DNA of 63,780 nucleotides, the filler included, from Bigelowiella natans CCMP2755 (Eukaryota > Protista > Cercozoa), in the NCBI GenBank assembly GCA_000320545.1. It is 7 parts of 7 records of this genome, joined end to end, with 100 filler letters (N's around TTAATTAATTAA, not from the genome) between each part and the next. Parts side by side here need not be neighbours in the genome. Positions count along the whole stretch, not along the records: positions 13,656 to 29,057 come from ADNK01001304.1; positions 29,158 to 38,926 come from ADNK01001606.1; 5 more parts are not named here. One strand, written 5' to 3'. Made by a program: the position numbers and the translations under genes. Numbering within the stretch: position 1 is the stretch's first letter; the number at the start of each line of letters is the position of its first letter. The notes beneath the pieces were generated by a model. That model was given only the letters and a program-made list of their open reading frames with translations. It had not been told where the DNA came from and did not search any database. This document shows, one piece after another, positions 25,186 to 39,026 of the stretch.

Positions 25186-26504
25186 CAGAGGAGCACACCG
25201 GTAAACTATTAAGACGACGACACCCAGCACTCTCTCGACTTGAGGAAAAGGATGGGGGGTAGTAGTAGTAGTAGTAGTTATAGAAAGTAGTAGTTAGTGA
25301 GGTCTTGCGTCGAGAATGCTTTTATCGATTATTCGCAATCGAATTGCGACTGCGGCAAGAATTGTGCTGCTGCTACCCATTTACAGGCTCGATAGTCAAA
25401 ACTACAGACGACAAACATGCTGCGTCTGCCAGTAGACAGTCGCGGTAGCATGATAGGCCGTGATACTTATTAATAAGTACACCAAGTATTAGGATGCTTG
25501 TTTGCAGCATCTGGAAGTCACTTGGCATTGCAAGCCCGAGCTTCCAACAGCATTCTACCCGTAGAGATCACAATAATCAAAGATGTAAATTTTAATGTTT
25601 ATTCTCTGTTCGACCACTTGTGTGTGCATGTGGCATGAACGGCCTGCCAGCCCGTAGCAGCGCGCTCCGCTATGAGCACGTACAACAATGCATGCATCGT
25701 ATCTGATCCGCTACAATTTAGACAATAATAGCTAGCGCATAAGGCTATGCTAGCATTATAGCATGCTAGGACTACTGCACTAGCGCTAATTATGCTAGAG
25801 AGCACACTTCCAGCTTTGCATGCTGGCAAGCTAGCAAGTATAGTCACCTAGCTAGCTAGTTACAGCTAAGATAGAATAATAGTCTATAATTAGATTACCA
25901 TTATGCGATACTAGATTAAAAATTGAAGCCATTTCATTTGCATATATACGCGTTTCACATGCTGCTGCTAGCATGCTAGCTAGCATGCCTAGATGCGCAT
26001 GACTACTAGACACGCTAGCACGTACAGCGTACAGCGTGGCCACTCTGCTAGCACTGCTAGACTATATATTACGTGTTGTCCTCAGCTAGTCATCGCATGA
26101 TGTCAAGGCGCCGTACATCATCATAGCTTTACTATTAGACTGCTGGCTAGCTGGATTGCATATTGCTAGCAGATGCTTCTTGACATATATATAAAATTCT
26201 GGCAGATGGTCTGTACGAGTGCTACGCTGCCTAGACACTGTGGCCTAGCTAGCTACCTTATGGTGCGTGCGCTGTGCAGTAGTGCATCGCAGCAAGCAAG
26301 CGCTGGCATGCGACGATATATCGTATAATCGATGTCATGCTTGCTACCTCGGTTTGTTTTGGTCGTACGTTTCGGACTATAACGTAATATATTTTCATCA
26401 TTGTGCGATCGCAGTGGCGACCGGAGTAGCTAGTCGTAGTGTTGATATAACTGCAGCAGTATTTCTGATTCGAGGTGGTGGCCTTATCGTACATCTCGGT
26501 ACGT

Positions 26505-26540
<36 letters not shown>

Positions 26541-26600
26541 GCTGACCGCAGTAAATGCTCGAGTAGGATACGATTCGGCGCGGCCAAGACCATGGCTGCA

Positions 26601-27078
26601 CTAGCCCGCAAACACGTTCCTATTAGGGATCTTGAGCTCCCTTCCTCCAAGCTGTATCGAGTATTTCATTTCTGCTTTGCTGTAAGATAATATTGTCGCC
26701 ACCTCGCCGTTGAATTCTGGCCGATTGACAAGCCCGGCGATCCGTACCTAAAAACGCAAGTGCGGCGGAAGGATGGGAGAGGGAGGAGGGCATAACACCG
26801 CGCAGTCATAACGAGCAAGTCAGCAAGGAGAAAGCAGCTCAGATAAACGGCTCGCAAGGGGTTTCTGCTGGTATGTTTAGAACATATCCAAAGTGCTTGC
26901 GACACAACGCATTGTTGTCGTCTCTCTTCCTATTATCTATCTACCAACGTTTGTACGCACCCTTGTGTGTGGAGGCAATATGACGTTCTGAGGCCTAATC
27001 AACTGAGGGCCATCGGATCCGTCCTGTATGTATGTATGTATGTATGTCTTAGTAGCAGTTTCCCATATCACACGCGCA

Positions 27079-27113
<35 letters not shown>

Positions 27114-27447
27114 GCGCAAGCAAAGCGATTTCAGGTAAGAAAAGAGCGGAGGATAGAAAGGAGAAGATTCCCATCTCGCTCAGTGTGTGGTTTATTTATA
27201 CATTTACCAAGAATCCTTGGTACTTGCCGTTGGCTTGGTCGAAGTTGACCAGCCGCACCGTTTGCCTGGCAGCAGGAGGGGGAGGAAGAGGAGGGAGGAC
27301 GGAAAAGGAGTATGTGAGGGCGGAGAAGGGAGAGACGTGTTGTTGCAAGTGACGATGGTGATCGCGACGAGCTTTTCAATAGATAACAGAAGTGGTTTGG
27401 TTGTCATTTTAGAGGCAGGTGAGATTGAGGTATATATATTTCTTATA

Positions 27448-27515
<68 letters not shown>

Positions 27516-28148
27516 AAGATCATCCCCCCCTTCACATGATAATACCCGTTGAGCTCTGGTCTCGACTGGAGGCCATAGAGAGTGGCCTCCTCCACAATCT
27601 GCTGCACGTTACGCCCTCCCACCTCCACTAACGCATTGTTCTGCTAGTAGAACACGGTAGTAGGCAAGGGGACAACAGCAGTTGCGAAGAAGCAATGAGA
27701 GGCGATGTAGACGAAGCACATTGAAACAACGAATGTGAGGGTGAGGATAGGAGGAGGACGGGGGGCACAGCACGGCGTGAACAAACAAGAAATCACACTC
27801 CAAGCCAGGGCAATCAGCGTCGAGCAGAAAGAAGTTGGGATGTGGTGCTTCGCAACAAGCACGCACATAATTCAAATCGTGTATATATGCTGATAGTCTC
27901 TCTTCTTCTTCTTCTTCCTCTTCTCCCTCCTCTTCTTCTTCCTTGTGTTTGATTTAACACAACACAAGCACCACCATCCAGCACCGAGCGCTCATACATA
28001 CATACATACATACATACATACACACTGCATAATACCTTGAGACGAACTCTATATCTATGCGCGTTGCGACCGACTATTTTTCCTGAATAGAGGACGGAAG
28101 GGGGGGGGGGGGGGGGTGAGGAAGGGAGAGATTTAGATCACACCCCAA

Positions 28149-28189
<41 letters not shown>

Positions 28190-28236
28190 TTTCTACTAGA
28201 CATGCTGTGTTGTTGCTCATGCCTGCGGTGTTTCCT

Positions 28237-28267
<31 letters not shown>

Positions 28268-28525
28268 TTAGAGAGTGTATAATAGGAAGTAGTACCCTCC
28301 ATCCCGTTCTGACGTCCTCCTACATCTGAAGATAGAGAGACGAAGGACCGGACCATGAGCGACGGAAGAGGACGCCATTGCATAAAAGAAATGGAGACGA
28401 CGACAAGGAGGAGGAGGAGGAGGAGGAGGAGGAGGAGGAGGGAGAGGAGGGAGAGGAGGGAGAGGGGGAGGAGTTAGGACTTCGCTAACCATCACACAAT
28501 CATTGGTTGAGAAAGACAGAAACAT

Positions 28526-28571
<46 letters not shown>

Positions 28572-28839
28572 AGACACAAACAGGGGGGGGGGGGGGGATG
28601 CAATTTCTTCGGTCTAAGTCCTATTTTTTAGCAATGCGTGCTATTCCCCAACGTCTCTCAACCATCGCATTTGTAGGCCCATCTGCTGCTCTATCATCAT
28701 TGCTACCACCCCAGCACTCTAATCCTAGGGGGATCCCTATTTATATATATATATATATATATATAACAGTGTGCGCATATGTAAATACTTATAAACTTGA
28801 CGGGGATGCCCTTGGGATAGCTCATGTCCCCCCCCTGCC
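26601..28839 (-). CDS. Protein with three tandem SH3-like beta-barrel repeats (V.I.GL..RPE.NG...RY.V.L); 5' part beyond contig end
   Basis: Exons: MSYPKGIPVKIRVLG, GRQNGMEGKIVGRNAHRYRVRLK, EATLYGLQSRPELNGQTVRLVNFDQANGKYQG, PQLIRPQNVILPPHTRVRIAGLVNRPEFNGEVATILSYSKAEMKYSIQLGGRELKIPNRNVFAG*. Confidence 0.7.
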
Positions 28840-29057
28840 CTACGGGAAAAATAAAAAAAATGGAGAAGGAAAGGGGGGAGGGTAGGAAAAGAGGACAGTT
28901 TCCCACCAGAAAAGACTAAATATGGGAAAAGAAGAAGAGAAAGAAGAAGAAGACGAGACCAAGAGGACTGGCGCCTTGGGAGGAGGGAGGCCACCACCAA
29001 AAAGAGAATGGCGATGAAAATGGGGATTGGACTCTTCTCTCTCTTTTTCTCTCTTTT

Positions 29058-29157
29058 NNNNNNNNNNNNNNNNNNNNNNNNNNNNNNNNNNNNNNNNNNN
29101 NTTAATTAATTAANNNNNNNNNNNNNNNNNNNNNNNNNNNNNNNNNNNNNNNNNNNN
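29058..29157. other. Artificial contig spacer
   Basis: 44 N + TTAATTAATTAA + 44 N. Confidence 0.97.
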
Positions 29158-29425
29158 ATTCGTTAGCAGCTGTTGTACACAACCACCTTTCAAACCATTG
29201 TATTTCGCATGGGGGTTGATGTTATTGCTACGTTGATTTCTTCTTCTTCCGCTTGCAATCTGTGGAATAGCTCTAGCCCAGCCTCCCAATGCTTGGCACG
29301 AACGAGACCCTAGTGAGGAGAACGGAGAGGGGTGGTTTGGAAACGCTTCTGTGAAAGGTGGGCATTAGCTTACATCTCCCTATCCTCTTATTTGTTTCTT
29401 CGCTCCCCTCATTTCCACCTTCTCC

Positions 29426-29501
<76 letters not shown>

Positions 29502-29900
29502 CCCTATTGCAGTTGAGCAAGCTTTGAGTCCTGCATCTAGTAAGTAGATGTCTCTCCGCACTCGAGGGAGGCCCATCCTTCGCCCCCGTGCTGATCCTCG
29601 GGTCACCGCAGCGCATAATCGGTAGAGTTCTTGTCGAGATGACCCTGTACACACATCCGAGGAGAGGCGGATCAGATGTGTGAATGCGTGGCAAGCCAAG
29701 AAAGACAAAAAAACTGGATCAACAGTTAACGCTGGGTTGCCATAGGTAGGGGCGGCTCTTCTCCGAGCGCGCCGCTGACTCTAAAAGCACTTGAGGTTGG
29801 TTAGAGCGCAGCAGCTTCTTAAGCAGATATCTCTCATGGGTAGGCAGCATCGGTTCGGCTTGGCGACTACCGCCACAGATTCAGACAATGCAATGGATTT
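29158..29900 (-). CDS. Probable pentatricopeptide-repeat (PPR)-like protein, 5' fragment
   Basis: Splicing across the (CA)n/(GA)n intron gives DAGLKACSTAIGGLVRAKHWEAGLELFHRLQ, a PPR-like motif; the start is not resolved. Confidence 0.45.
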
Positions 29901-31234
29901 TTCTCTGTGCGACATCTATCTCAATGTCTTTCTACCAAAATAGCAACAAATCCGAGGAACCAAATCGAAGGACGAAAAGCCAGGATCAGCCAGGATCAGC
30001 CAGGATCAGCCGATAGCTGCAAGTGACGGATGCATGCAAACAATTGCAATGTCAAATTCAATTTGGGTTCGCGACATGTCCTTTTGCAGTCGTAGAAAAT
30101 CTTTTCGTGACATTTCCCGAACAGGAGAGTGCATGAAAATCCTGCCCAACCTTCATTTTATCTGGATTTATACCCTGAAAGCATTATCGTTGTAAAGACA
30201 ATGGGCCATTTTCTCAACCCGATTTCATCAGACATGACATGATAGGTCTGGTTTTAAAAAGAAAAACCCTGTCCAGTGGGGTACTTTTCGAACTTTTGTA
30301 ATATTGGCTAAATTTCGAGATGCGTAACTGCTTGCGGATAATTGTTTGAATCGGAAAAAAACGGAGAAAATAAATCTCCGATATTTCCCCGAAGGTTTTT
30401 TTAGGCAATTCAATTTTCTTTTAAGCACGGCGCTGCAGCTGAGAATTCCAGTCGAAGGAAAAATACGATCAAATTTCGACAGAGATCTCCAGTCAGAACG
30501 CAAATTCTGGGAAAATTAGAGAGTTTTCTTGAATGGACATTTCTCCGACGATCTGATACAGAACAAAGAAGAGCTGTGTACGTGGCCCAGCTCTTCGCCG
30601 TTGCTAAAATTGTCTTAACTGCTCCGGGACGCTCCGAGGTACGGTATTGATCCGGTGCTGGGGTTGTGATGGAGCACGGTACCGACAGATTCGTTGTGAA
30701 GCCGATTGTACCACGGTTGACGTTTTCCATTTTTTCTGAAAGTGCAGGCAAATAATTCGACGGATTTACCTCCGTGGTGATTTTTCATCCAAATTCCCCA
30801 TTGCGAGTCCACATTTGGAGACCGGGGTTTTAAGTTGAAGTGGGAGAGGCTGCTGGAGTACTCGTCTCGGCAGTTTTGCTCAAAGTTCCAAAGACTAGCC
30901 AGGAACACACGCATTTTGCCACCACATTTATGATTTTAACATAATGTAATGCCTCAGTGTAGTCTGAAATGAACTGTTTTACTGAAGAGTGAAGCTTTCA
31001 GCAACATGCAAGGCTTCCGAAACTTGGAAATCGCAATTAATCCCTGCGTTTTTAATGCGAATTCAAGATTACGGGTTCAGTTTGTGCTCAAGAGTTTCAT
31101 GATCTCCACCTTTCCCATTGAGCGGTAGGCTCAGCTATTCTGAATAGAACGTACAACAATCCCCAGACCATCGACCCACAACGCGCGGAAACTAAACACA
31201 TTCCAAACGACATCACATCCGACATCTACAAAAC

Positions 31235-32042
31235 ATGCTGACCCGCTTCACCAAAGGCCTTTCACGCTCTGCAACTCCATTTCGACGTGCTGCTCTATCG
31301 ACGACTTCTGCGGAGAAGAGCCGACGCGTACTCCTCTGCATTGAAGGCAACGAATCAAGGTACTTTTTCTTGTGCTACATCCGAACCATCTCCGCAGTGT
31401 GAGTTGCCATCATGTAACTAACCATTTTATTTATAACACGTGCAGCAATATCAATTCGTGGTCCGACTTCTTACAACACGACGACCAGATCCACCTGCTA
31501 AATGTATACCAGCCCGTTCCGCAGTCCGTGCTTGCAAATCTTCCCAGCAAGGAGCAAAGATTTAAGGACGAGTACGTGAATTAGAACTTGAAAGAAAAAC
31601 ACCCCTTCAATTTTCCTCTGTTGTGCGCTGACCCAATTTTCTTGCTAGTACTTTTTCACTGCTCCCTGCTCTGAGAATAATATTGTGTGCTTTCTTTTTT
31701 AGAGTCAAAGGACTGTACCACCGTGCAGCTGAGCAACGCGCTTCTGAGGTTGCTGCGGTCTTCCAGCAAAGTGGATTTCCCAACGCAAAGGCTGTAACCC
31801 AGGAAGGAAAGGACGCGGCTGAAGTCATTTGCGACTACGCTAGTAGCAGCAACGCAGACGTGGTGCTTATTGGAAAGAAGGGCGACATGCTCTCGTCCAT
31901 CACCACCAATGTCGTGAGAAACTGTAGCCAGCCAGTGTACGTCTGTCCTGCTAGAGATGTGAAGGCTGAGCAATTCAAGTATCAGCGACCAAAGGACTTT
32001 AAGATGAATACCAAGAAGAGCAAGGTCCGCTTCCATCTCTGA
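31235..32042 (+). CDS. Universal stress protein (USP) domain protein with mitochondrial-type presequence
   Basis: Three exons: MLTRFTKGLSRSATPFRRAALSTTSAEKSRRVLLCIEG, DDQIHLLNVY, EGKDAAEVICDYASSSNADVVLIGKKG..LSSITTNVVRNCSQPVYVCP. Confidence 0.82.
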
Positions 32043-32948
32043 GAACAGGCCTCTGTTGAAGCCTAGAGGCGACTTAGATAACTTAACCAACCTAACAGCC
32101 AGCTCCCGTCATATAATGTTCAAATAGTGCAGATATAATTATCAACTTATACAGTCGAAATGTCTAAAAAAAACCCTAAATAAAACTTATTGTCAAGAAT
32201 AATGTCATATTCATTAAAGTTAACACCTTATTTAAGCTCTAGTGTAACAGTCTACCCTCGACCATTCGTATCACAATTGTGCTGCTGCGTGGTGGGCAGA
32301 CAATGTATGTTTTGCGCTGTTTGTAATGTTAACTTAGATTTCGTGATTTGCATCATGAACATGCATGTGCATATGACTGTGTGTGCGCACTCACTAGTAC
32401 TCACATGCAACGTGCATATGCATGTAATGTTGAGCTGGTGACTGTTCCGTTCATGTGCGTAGGTCATCGAGCTAAGGAGACACAAGCCTAGCGGTCATGT
32501 GCACCATTCATCGACACATGATCGAATGCTTTCAAATATGGATGAAAAACATAATGGACGAGACAAACAGACACAACCTAATAATGAGAGCGCTGCAGCA
32601 GCTGCTTTGTATGCCACATTGAGATGACCATCATTACAGAAAAGATTCAATCACTTCATTATTGCAATTCGGTCTGGCGCGTCGCAACTATGTGCAATAA
32701 ATGGACGTCTACTATGGCCAACAAAATAAATGATCAGCAACCAATGGACACTACTATGTAGGTGTGAATGATGCACGTACACACATGCACAGCATGTAGC
32801 TGATCGATGACCAGCATATACGATACATATTTGTTGTAAATCATTGAGAAAATATTTAATTTATTCATTACATCCGTCTCATGTTTGTTGTCATCAATCC
32901 GCTGCAAGCTAGCTGCTACAGGGAAGTAGAGAAGGCGCACTATGGGCA

Positions 32949-33885
32949 TTAAAATTCACCCGGGCCAGTCTTCAGTTTTCTCCGCTCTGGTGGAGCGCGT
33001 GGGTTTTCTCTTGCATAGAACCTACCGCCACAATACATCATGCATAAATAATCCAAAGATCAAATGACCGAAGAAAGCTACTACCTCGGGTCTTACCCGT
33101 GAAAACATTGCGTTGTCACGTTACCACGGTACGAAACATATCAATATGGTATTTTACAACGCCGACGGACGCGGGCTCTAAATTCATGCTCTTTCTAGAT
33201 ATTTGTTGGCGTATTATCGTGACAACTGAGCACAACCAAGGAACGACCTTTTGAGGAGACTTGCGGCCTCCTGAAGAAAAAACACGGAGTGCACAAGTGA
33301 AACATGAAAAAGAACCATGTTTGTATTTAAGTCGTAAAAATGAGCGGAAAGTTGCGCGCTCCCCCCCCCCCCTCTTCGCAGATCACGAGGGATCAGCAAC
33401 ACGATGGGTTCTTCATTTTCTTGTTTTTGCGCTGATATTAAATGTCATCAACCTCAGCCCTGATATTCGGCGTTAAGCATAACCGTTGCGAACGCCCGTG
33501 CTGCTTCTGCTGCTTTGGGTGGTAAGAAAGGAAGGATAAATAACACTATACTAGTCTTTATGGGGCAGGGATCTTTAGGATGGGATGAATAGATAAGGAA
33601 GCTACATAAATGACAGTGTCATTACTACTCATTTGGAATGAGCTTCAAGTTGAACGGCATATCTCCTCTCACCAATCACGACAAAAGCAATGTGATCAAC
33701 GACGACGACGAAGAAGAAGAAGAAGAAGAAGAAGAAGAAGAAAGGTACACACCCGAGAGGAGTGATGCATTTGACGGGGGTCGTTGCGGAGGATGGGAAG
33801 AATCGATCTGATTTAAGAAAACAATAATAGCAAAAGTAACTACACAATGCTCATTCGGCCGATAATCGAGAAGACACACATAAAT

Positions 33886-33920
<35 letters not shown>

Positions 33921-33928
33921 CACACACG

Positions 33929-33961
<33 letters not shown>

Positions 33962-34184
33962 GCACAGGTGCGCAAACACACGCTATATGTGTGTATATTT
34001 GCGTGTGCTTTATGTACGCATGCTACATAATTTGCAAGCAACCGACCAAAGTCCACGTTGTGTGTGTAATGATGAGAGTATATGCATGATGTGTAAGCTC
34101 GTCGTGCTGTGAGTGTGCAATGAGAATACTTAATGCGCCATTACCCGCAACCGCCAAACTGACTGTTAAAACACCCGAAGATGA

Positions 34185-34223
<39 letters not shown>

Positions 34224-34306
34224 CATGTTTGTGCACGTAGCATCGTTCAGATCAATATTAAAGAAATATATGACACCATATTGGATGTATCCTCACTGTT
34301 CTCCCC

Positions 34307-34350
<44 letters not shown>

Positions 34351-34685
34351 CCTAGATGAAATTCGGCGGGAGAGAGAGAGAAAGAGAAAGAGAAAGAGAG
34401 ACAGAGGGAAATACATCTCATATTTATGTCTATACCGTCGGGATACGCGCCAGGCGTATAGCGTACGCGCACATCACACCTGTAGCAGTTATATTACTCA
34501 AAATCCACAGATGCTTGATGAAAATGGAATAGCATGCAAAATCAACCCATGGGCTATTCCCGCTGTCCTCCTCCTCCCCCTTTCCGCCGTAGAGCGAAAT
34601 TATCAGAAAGGGGGAATGAGGAGGAGGAGGAGGAGGAGGAGGAGGGAAGAACTTAAAGACCGAAGATATAAACAAATACACACAT

Positions 34686-34755
<70 letters not shown>

Positions 34756-35573
34756 ATGATGAAAATAGGGGCAATCCTCGTATATGTGCATGCGCCATTG
34801 ATGTTTGGTCGGTACATGGCTCGCAGGTAACGTAAATGCGACAGTCCGCCATTATCTACGTGTACAATCAGCATGTGAGCAGCGTATTACACCCCAACGA
34901 AAACACAGCTAGGAACGAACGACGGGAATGCGGTTGCTTTTGTTGCGACTTTGCGTTTATTCTAATTTGTCCTTAGCCATTGCAATAACCAACCTTTGGT
35001 TGGCAGGCATTGCCCAGCCGATTCAACGCTACGATCTCACAATGCATTGTTGCATCGTTGCTATCACCTTTTGGAACGACCAGTAGAAGCCATAAAGAGA
35101 GGGGGGGGAGGGTGGGGGGGGTAAGATGCGGTAGTGGATGGCATAATGTCGAATATTATTGAGGAAACAGCTATCGTACAATCAGCTTCATTACGAGAAT
35201 AAGAAGGGGCTTTGATATCAATTATCATGAGCTGATCGAGGCAAATCACGATGCGAGAATCTTATGGAGCAGACCAAAACAGAAAGCTCTAGGAAGAGAG
35301 GGGCGGGTGGAGGGGGAAAGAACATGCCAACCTCCGACGTTATGAGCTTCCGCCACCACGGTGTTGCTGGGGCCATGTACAATCACGCATCCGACAGGCA
35401 CCTGTGAACATCAAAGGCGTGCATTTGCGTTTGTATGCAGCTGAAGGAGTCGGAGCGGGAAAGAGGAGGCGCTACTCATTCAGCACCTCGTTGAGAGAGA
35501 GCGCTCTCTCTGCCAGGCCGAGAGCTCGGCCCATGTATTCGAAATCTGCTCCGTTGACCTGGGAAAATGTCAT
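32949..35573 (-). CDS. ADAT2: tRNA-specific adenosine-34 deaminase catalytic subunit (TAD2/ADAT2)
   Basis: Spliced exons: YMGRALGLAERALSLNEVPVGCVIVH, DATMHCEIVAL (HxE), IYVTCEPCVMCAYAI (PCxxC), VIFGCFNSQFGGCG, EAASLLKRFYARENPRAP. Confidence 0.88.
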
Positions 35574-35938
35574 TCTTTCGAGGCGTGTCGCAACTGAGCA
35601 CGTGTTAAGAGCATGTTATTACACAGGCAGTATCCGCTTCCCCTCTACGGCCAATTTTCGAAGCGATTGCTGGGTCTTTAATCGCTGTAATACCAGAACA
35701 GAGATACGTTCGATTTTATCAGCACAAAGGGAAGGGGAGGCGAGGGGAGGGAGGGGAGGGGGGAAGGAGTGTTAGGGCAGCAGCTTCCCGAAGGTCTTTC
35801 TCTGCCGTTCTGTCTCCCGAAAACTGCTCGACTTGTACTTCGGTGGCGATGTTAATAATTTTTTTTTATATCCTTTTTTAATCCCGATGAAAACTAAAAT
35901 TAAGGCTCCAAATCGAAACAGACGAGGGAATCATCGCG

Positions 35939-38380
35939 ATGGTTCAATCCGCCGGCGAGCGACAGGAACATGATAATCAGGATATTTCCGGGGTGGTTTC
36001 TGATCAGGAGACACAGGTACTTGTTGGGTTAATCCTCAGGAATTTCTAAGAAATTGGGCTAAAATAGGTTGTCGCAGATTGGAAAAGGATTCCAATTCTT
36101 ACTTCTCAACAACGCAAATATCTCACCAGCGCTAAGTGGAACCATGGAGGTGAAGACTATCTCAGACCACATCGATAAGATTGCGAAGGAGAAGACGGAT
36201 GCCCCCGCTTTCCTTCCTAACCTCAATCGCCAGACTTCCGAGCAGATTGTGAAGAAATGGGCGTTTACGGGCCACATAATGCCCGAGTACAAGGTCACTT
36301 TTCTCCCTTGACTACCGATGATGCATGGATGTGTGGAAATGTCGCTCCTCTTACGCGCAGTGTGTTGCAGAAATTCCACAAGCAAATCATCGTCACGGAT
36401 GAGTGGATGATTCATACACGTCTGCGCCGCCTGATGGATGATCTCGGAGCCGTAAGCCATCACTCAAATTGATTCGCAGCATAACTTTTCACTCGCAGAG
36501 CCATTGTTCACCATAAAACATGGTGTTGCCAGCATTTCTCTGACGATGAAGAGCAGAAGAAGAAATACTCGAATAAAACGTATTTCGAAAGTAAGTTGTC
36601 AAATTCCAACCTTGCAGCCCAGTTTATTAAATCTGCATTTGCCTTTGCTATTCGTTATATGAAATGCCATCCCAGAATGCTTGAAGAAGCTCATCTGTAA
36701 AGCATTCCGATGCGAAGAAAAGGACGCCACTAGAGTAATGTGTCTCTCACCCTGACCTCTTTCATATGCACATATGAATTAATTTCCCAACACATTTATG
36801 AATGATGATGTCGCCGAACAGAAAACGGACCCTGTGAGCGGCAGCGGCGTCTACAGCACTCTTTGCAGCCTTTTTGAAAAGATGAAATGGCGGCGACCAC
36901 TGTAAAAAAAAAAACCATTCCGTTTTTCTCGCGGAGAGGAAGAGGCGGGCTTTGGGGGGGCATCCTTTACATGCATACATGCAACGAAGATCTACCAGAA
37001 CTCCTCGTTGGCTGATCTCAGGAATAAAAATGTGTCTTTTTTTTAAAAAGTATTGTGTGCTCTTAAGCATGCCGCTTTTACGATGACCCCCTGTTCTCAT
37101 AGAAAAGTCCGACTAATCATTGGTTATTGGACGATGATCATTACGACTAACGTCATCGTTGTTCGTTACTCCGATCAGACTTACCCTTGCTACTGAGTTG
37201 TATAGCGAGCATGGAGGGGCGGATTCTATACTGGCAAGTTTTGGCACCGTGGTACTAACGGCTAAGGAGGAGGAGGGGGAGGGGGAGGAGGAGGAGGAAC
37301 GCCAAAACCGCAACATGCTGTTCATTAGTTACCCCCCTGAATTTAGATAGAATTTAATCGAAGATGGCCTCTCAGTGCGTGGTGTCGTTTGCTGGGTGGT
37401 GTGTTGCTTTTTTACCATTCCTTACCGCTGCCCCCAGATCTACCTTGCACGGAATTGTATCACTGCAAAGAGAATTGCTTTCAACTTCATCCTTGCCAGT
37501 GCGCACAGAGCGGTGGGTCTAGGGCATATGCCGCAAACACCAGTGATGATGTTGAATCAACCATACGACGCTTATGTTCGCAGCATGCAGCAGGATGAAC
37601 CGTCACGAGTGTATTTGTCACGAATACTTCACGACTTTTTTGGATTTTTCATTTTTCCCCTCCTGAAGCTGAACAAATGAATGCATGATCTCGAACGAAT
37701 GAAACCATGAAGGCATCGGCGCTTATGATTGCATAAACTCCTGCCGTTTCTCCCCCCTTTTTCATGCGACTGTCTTGTTGCATTTCCTTATTATCATTAT
37801 GGGTGGCTTAGACTATGGAGGCAAAAACGAATGGGGGAGATAAGGAAAAGGCGAAAGGAGCAGCAAAGGGAGATGCAAAGGTTTGGTACAGCTGTCAGAA
37901 TCGACGTGTTAGCATTTGAGAAGATCCCTTCGTTAATCTCCTCTCTTACAGAGCCCTGCAATTCATTTCTTGAGTAATAAACATTGTGCTTACGTCGCCT
38001 CTCTCCCCCCTCTCCCCCCTCTTAGAAAAACGGAAAGGATATGACGTTTGAAGAAGCAAAGGAAGCTCTGTATGAGGTAGTAGTAGTAGCGGGGTGGGTC
38101 ACGGCGAATACTGCGTGTTGTTGTTGTTGTTGCTTTTATGTGTAATCCACGCGTGGCATTGTTGTGATAACTGGATCCCCCCCCCCCCCCCCCCCACCCG
38201 TATTTCTATCCAAATCTTTGCCTCTATATCTGTGTCTATCTGTCTCTCTCTCTCTCGGTACTCATTTCATCTAGATGATTGAGATGTATATCGATCAACA
38301 CAAGGGAGAACGCTATATAAAAGCTCTGTACAAATATCCACAGTCGCCCCCCTCCTATCCCACCCCCCATCCTAGTTAAT
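35939..38380 (+). CDS. Hypothetical multi-exon protein
   Basis: Coding-like segments flanked by AG/GT (MEVKTISDHIDKIAKEKTDAPAF..., KFHKQIIVTDEWMIHTRLRRL..., LWRQKRMGEIRKRRKEQQRE...); no family recognised and boundaries are approximate. Confidence 0.4.
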
Positions 38381-38549
38381 TCGATTAGTTGAGCGAGTCC
38401 CTGGGGAAGCGAAGGGAGAGACACAAGTGTCCTTGTGCTGTATGTATCATAGCAGATGTTGGAACCGATGAAGTTCCTATACTATAAGCAAGGGCAAACA
38501 TGCAACATGAACAGCAACGACGTGCATAGTAAGAATCCAGATTCTTCAG

Positions 38550-38585
<36 letters not shown>

Positions 38586-38769
38586 AGTAGTAGTAGCAGC
38601 AGTAGTGGTGGTGGTGGTGCTAGCGTCAAGAGGAGGAGGAGGGGAGAGGGGGGCGATGGCGGCTTCTCTCTATGTTTATATGGTATAATATAGTTTTAGG
38701 ATGTTTGTGTATGCGAGAAGGTGTGCTCTATTGGCTGTCTTATCTGAGTTATTGATTCAGCTGTTGTAG

Positions 38770-38838
<69 letters not shown>

Positions 38839-38926
38839 CCTCTTCCTTCTTCCTCCCTCCTCCTCCTCCTCCTCCTCTTCCTCTCTGCATCATCATATCA
38901 CTGATTGATCTGTTCAATAACGATAA

Positions 38927-39026
38927 NNNNNNNNNNNNNNNNNNNNNNNNNNNNNNNNNNNNNNNNNNNNTTAATTAATTAANNNNNNNNNNNNNNNNNN
39001 NNNNNNNNNNNNNNNNNNNNNNNNNN
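38927..39026. other. Artificial contig spacer
   Basis: 44 N + TTAATTAATTAA + 44 N. Confidence 0.97.

Noticed and set aside
30410-30990. Short ORFs and a weak C/D-box-like pattern (TGATT...CTGA...CTGA at about 30930-30985)
   Set aside because: Imperfect C box, no convincing terminal stem and no identifiable guide or protein motif.
35020-35060. HCE instead of HAE in the ADAT2 zinc motif
   Set aside because: HxE and PCxxC are intact, so this is ordinary variation.
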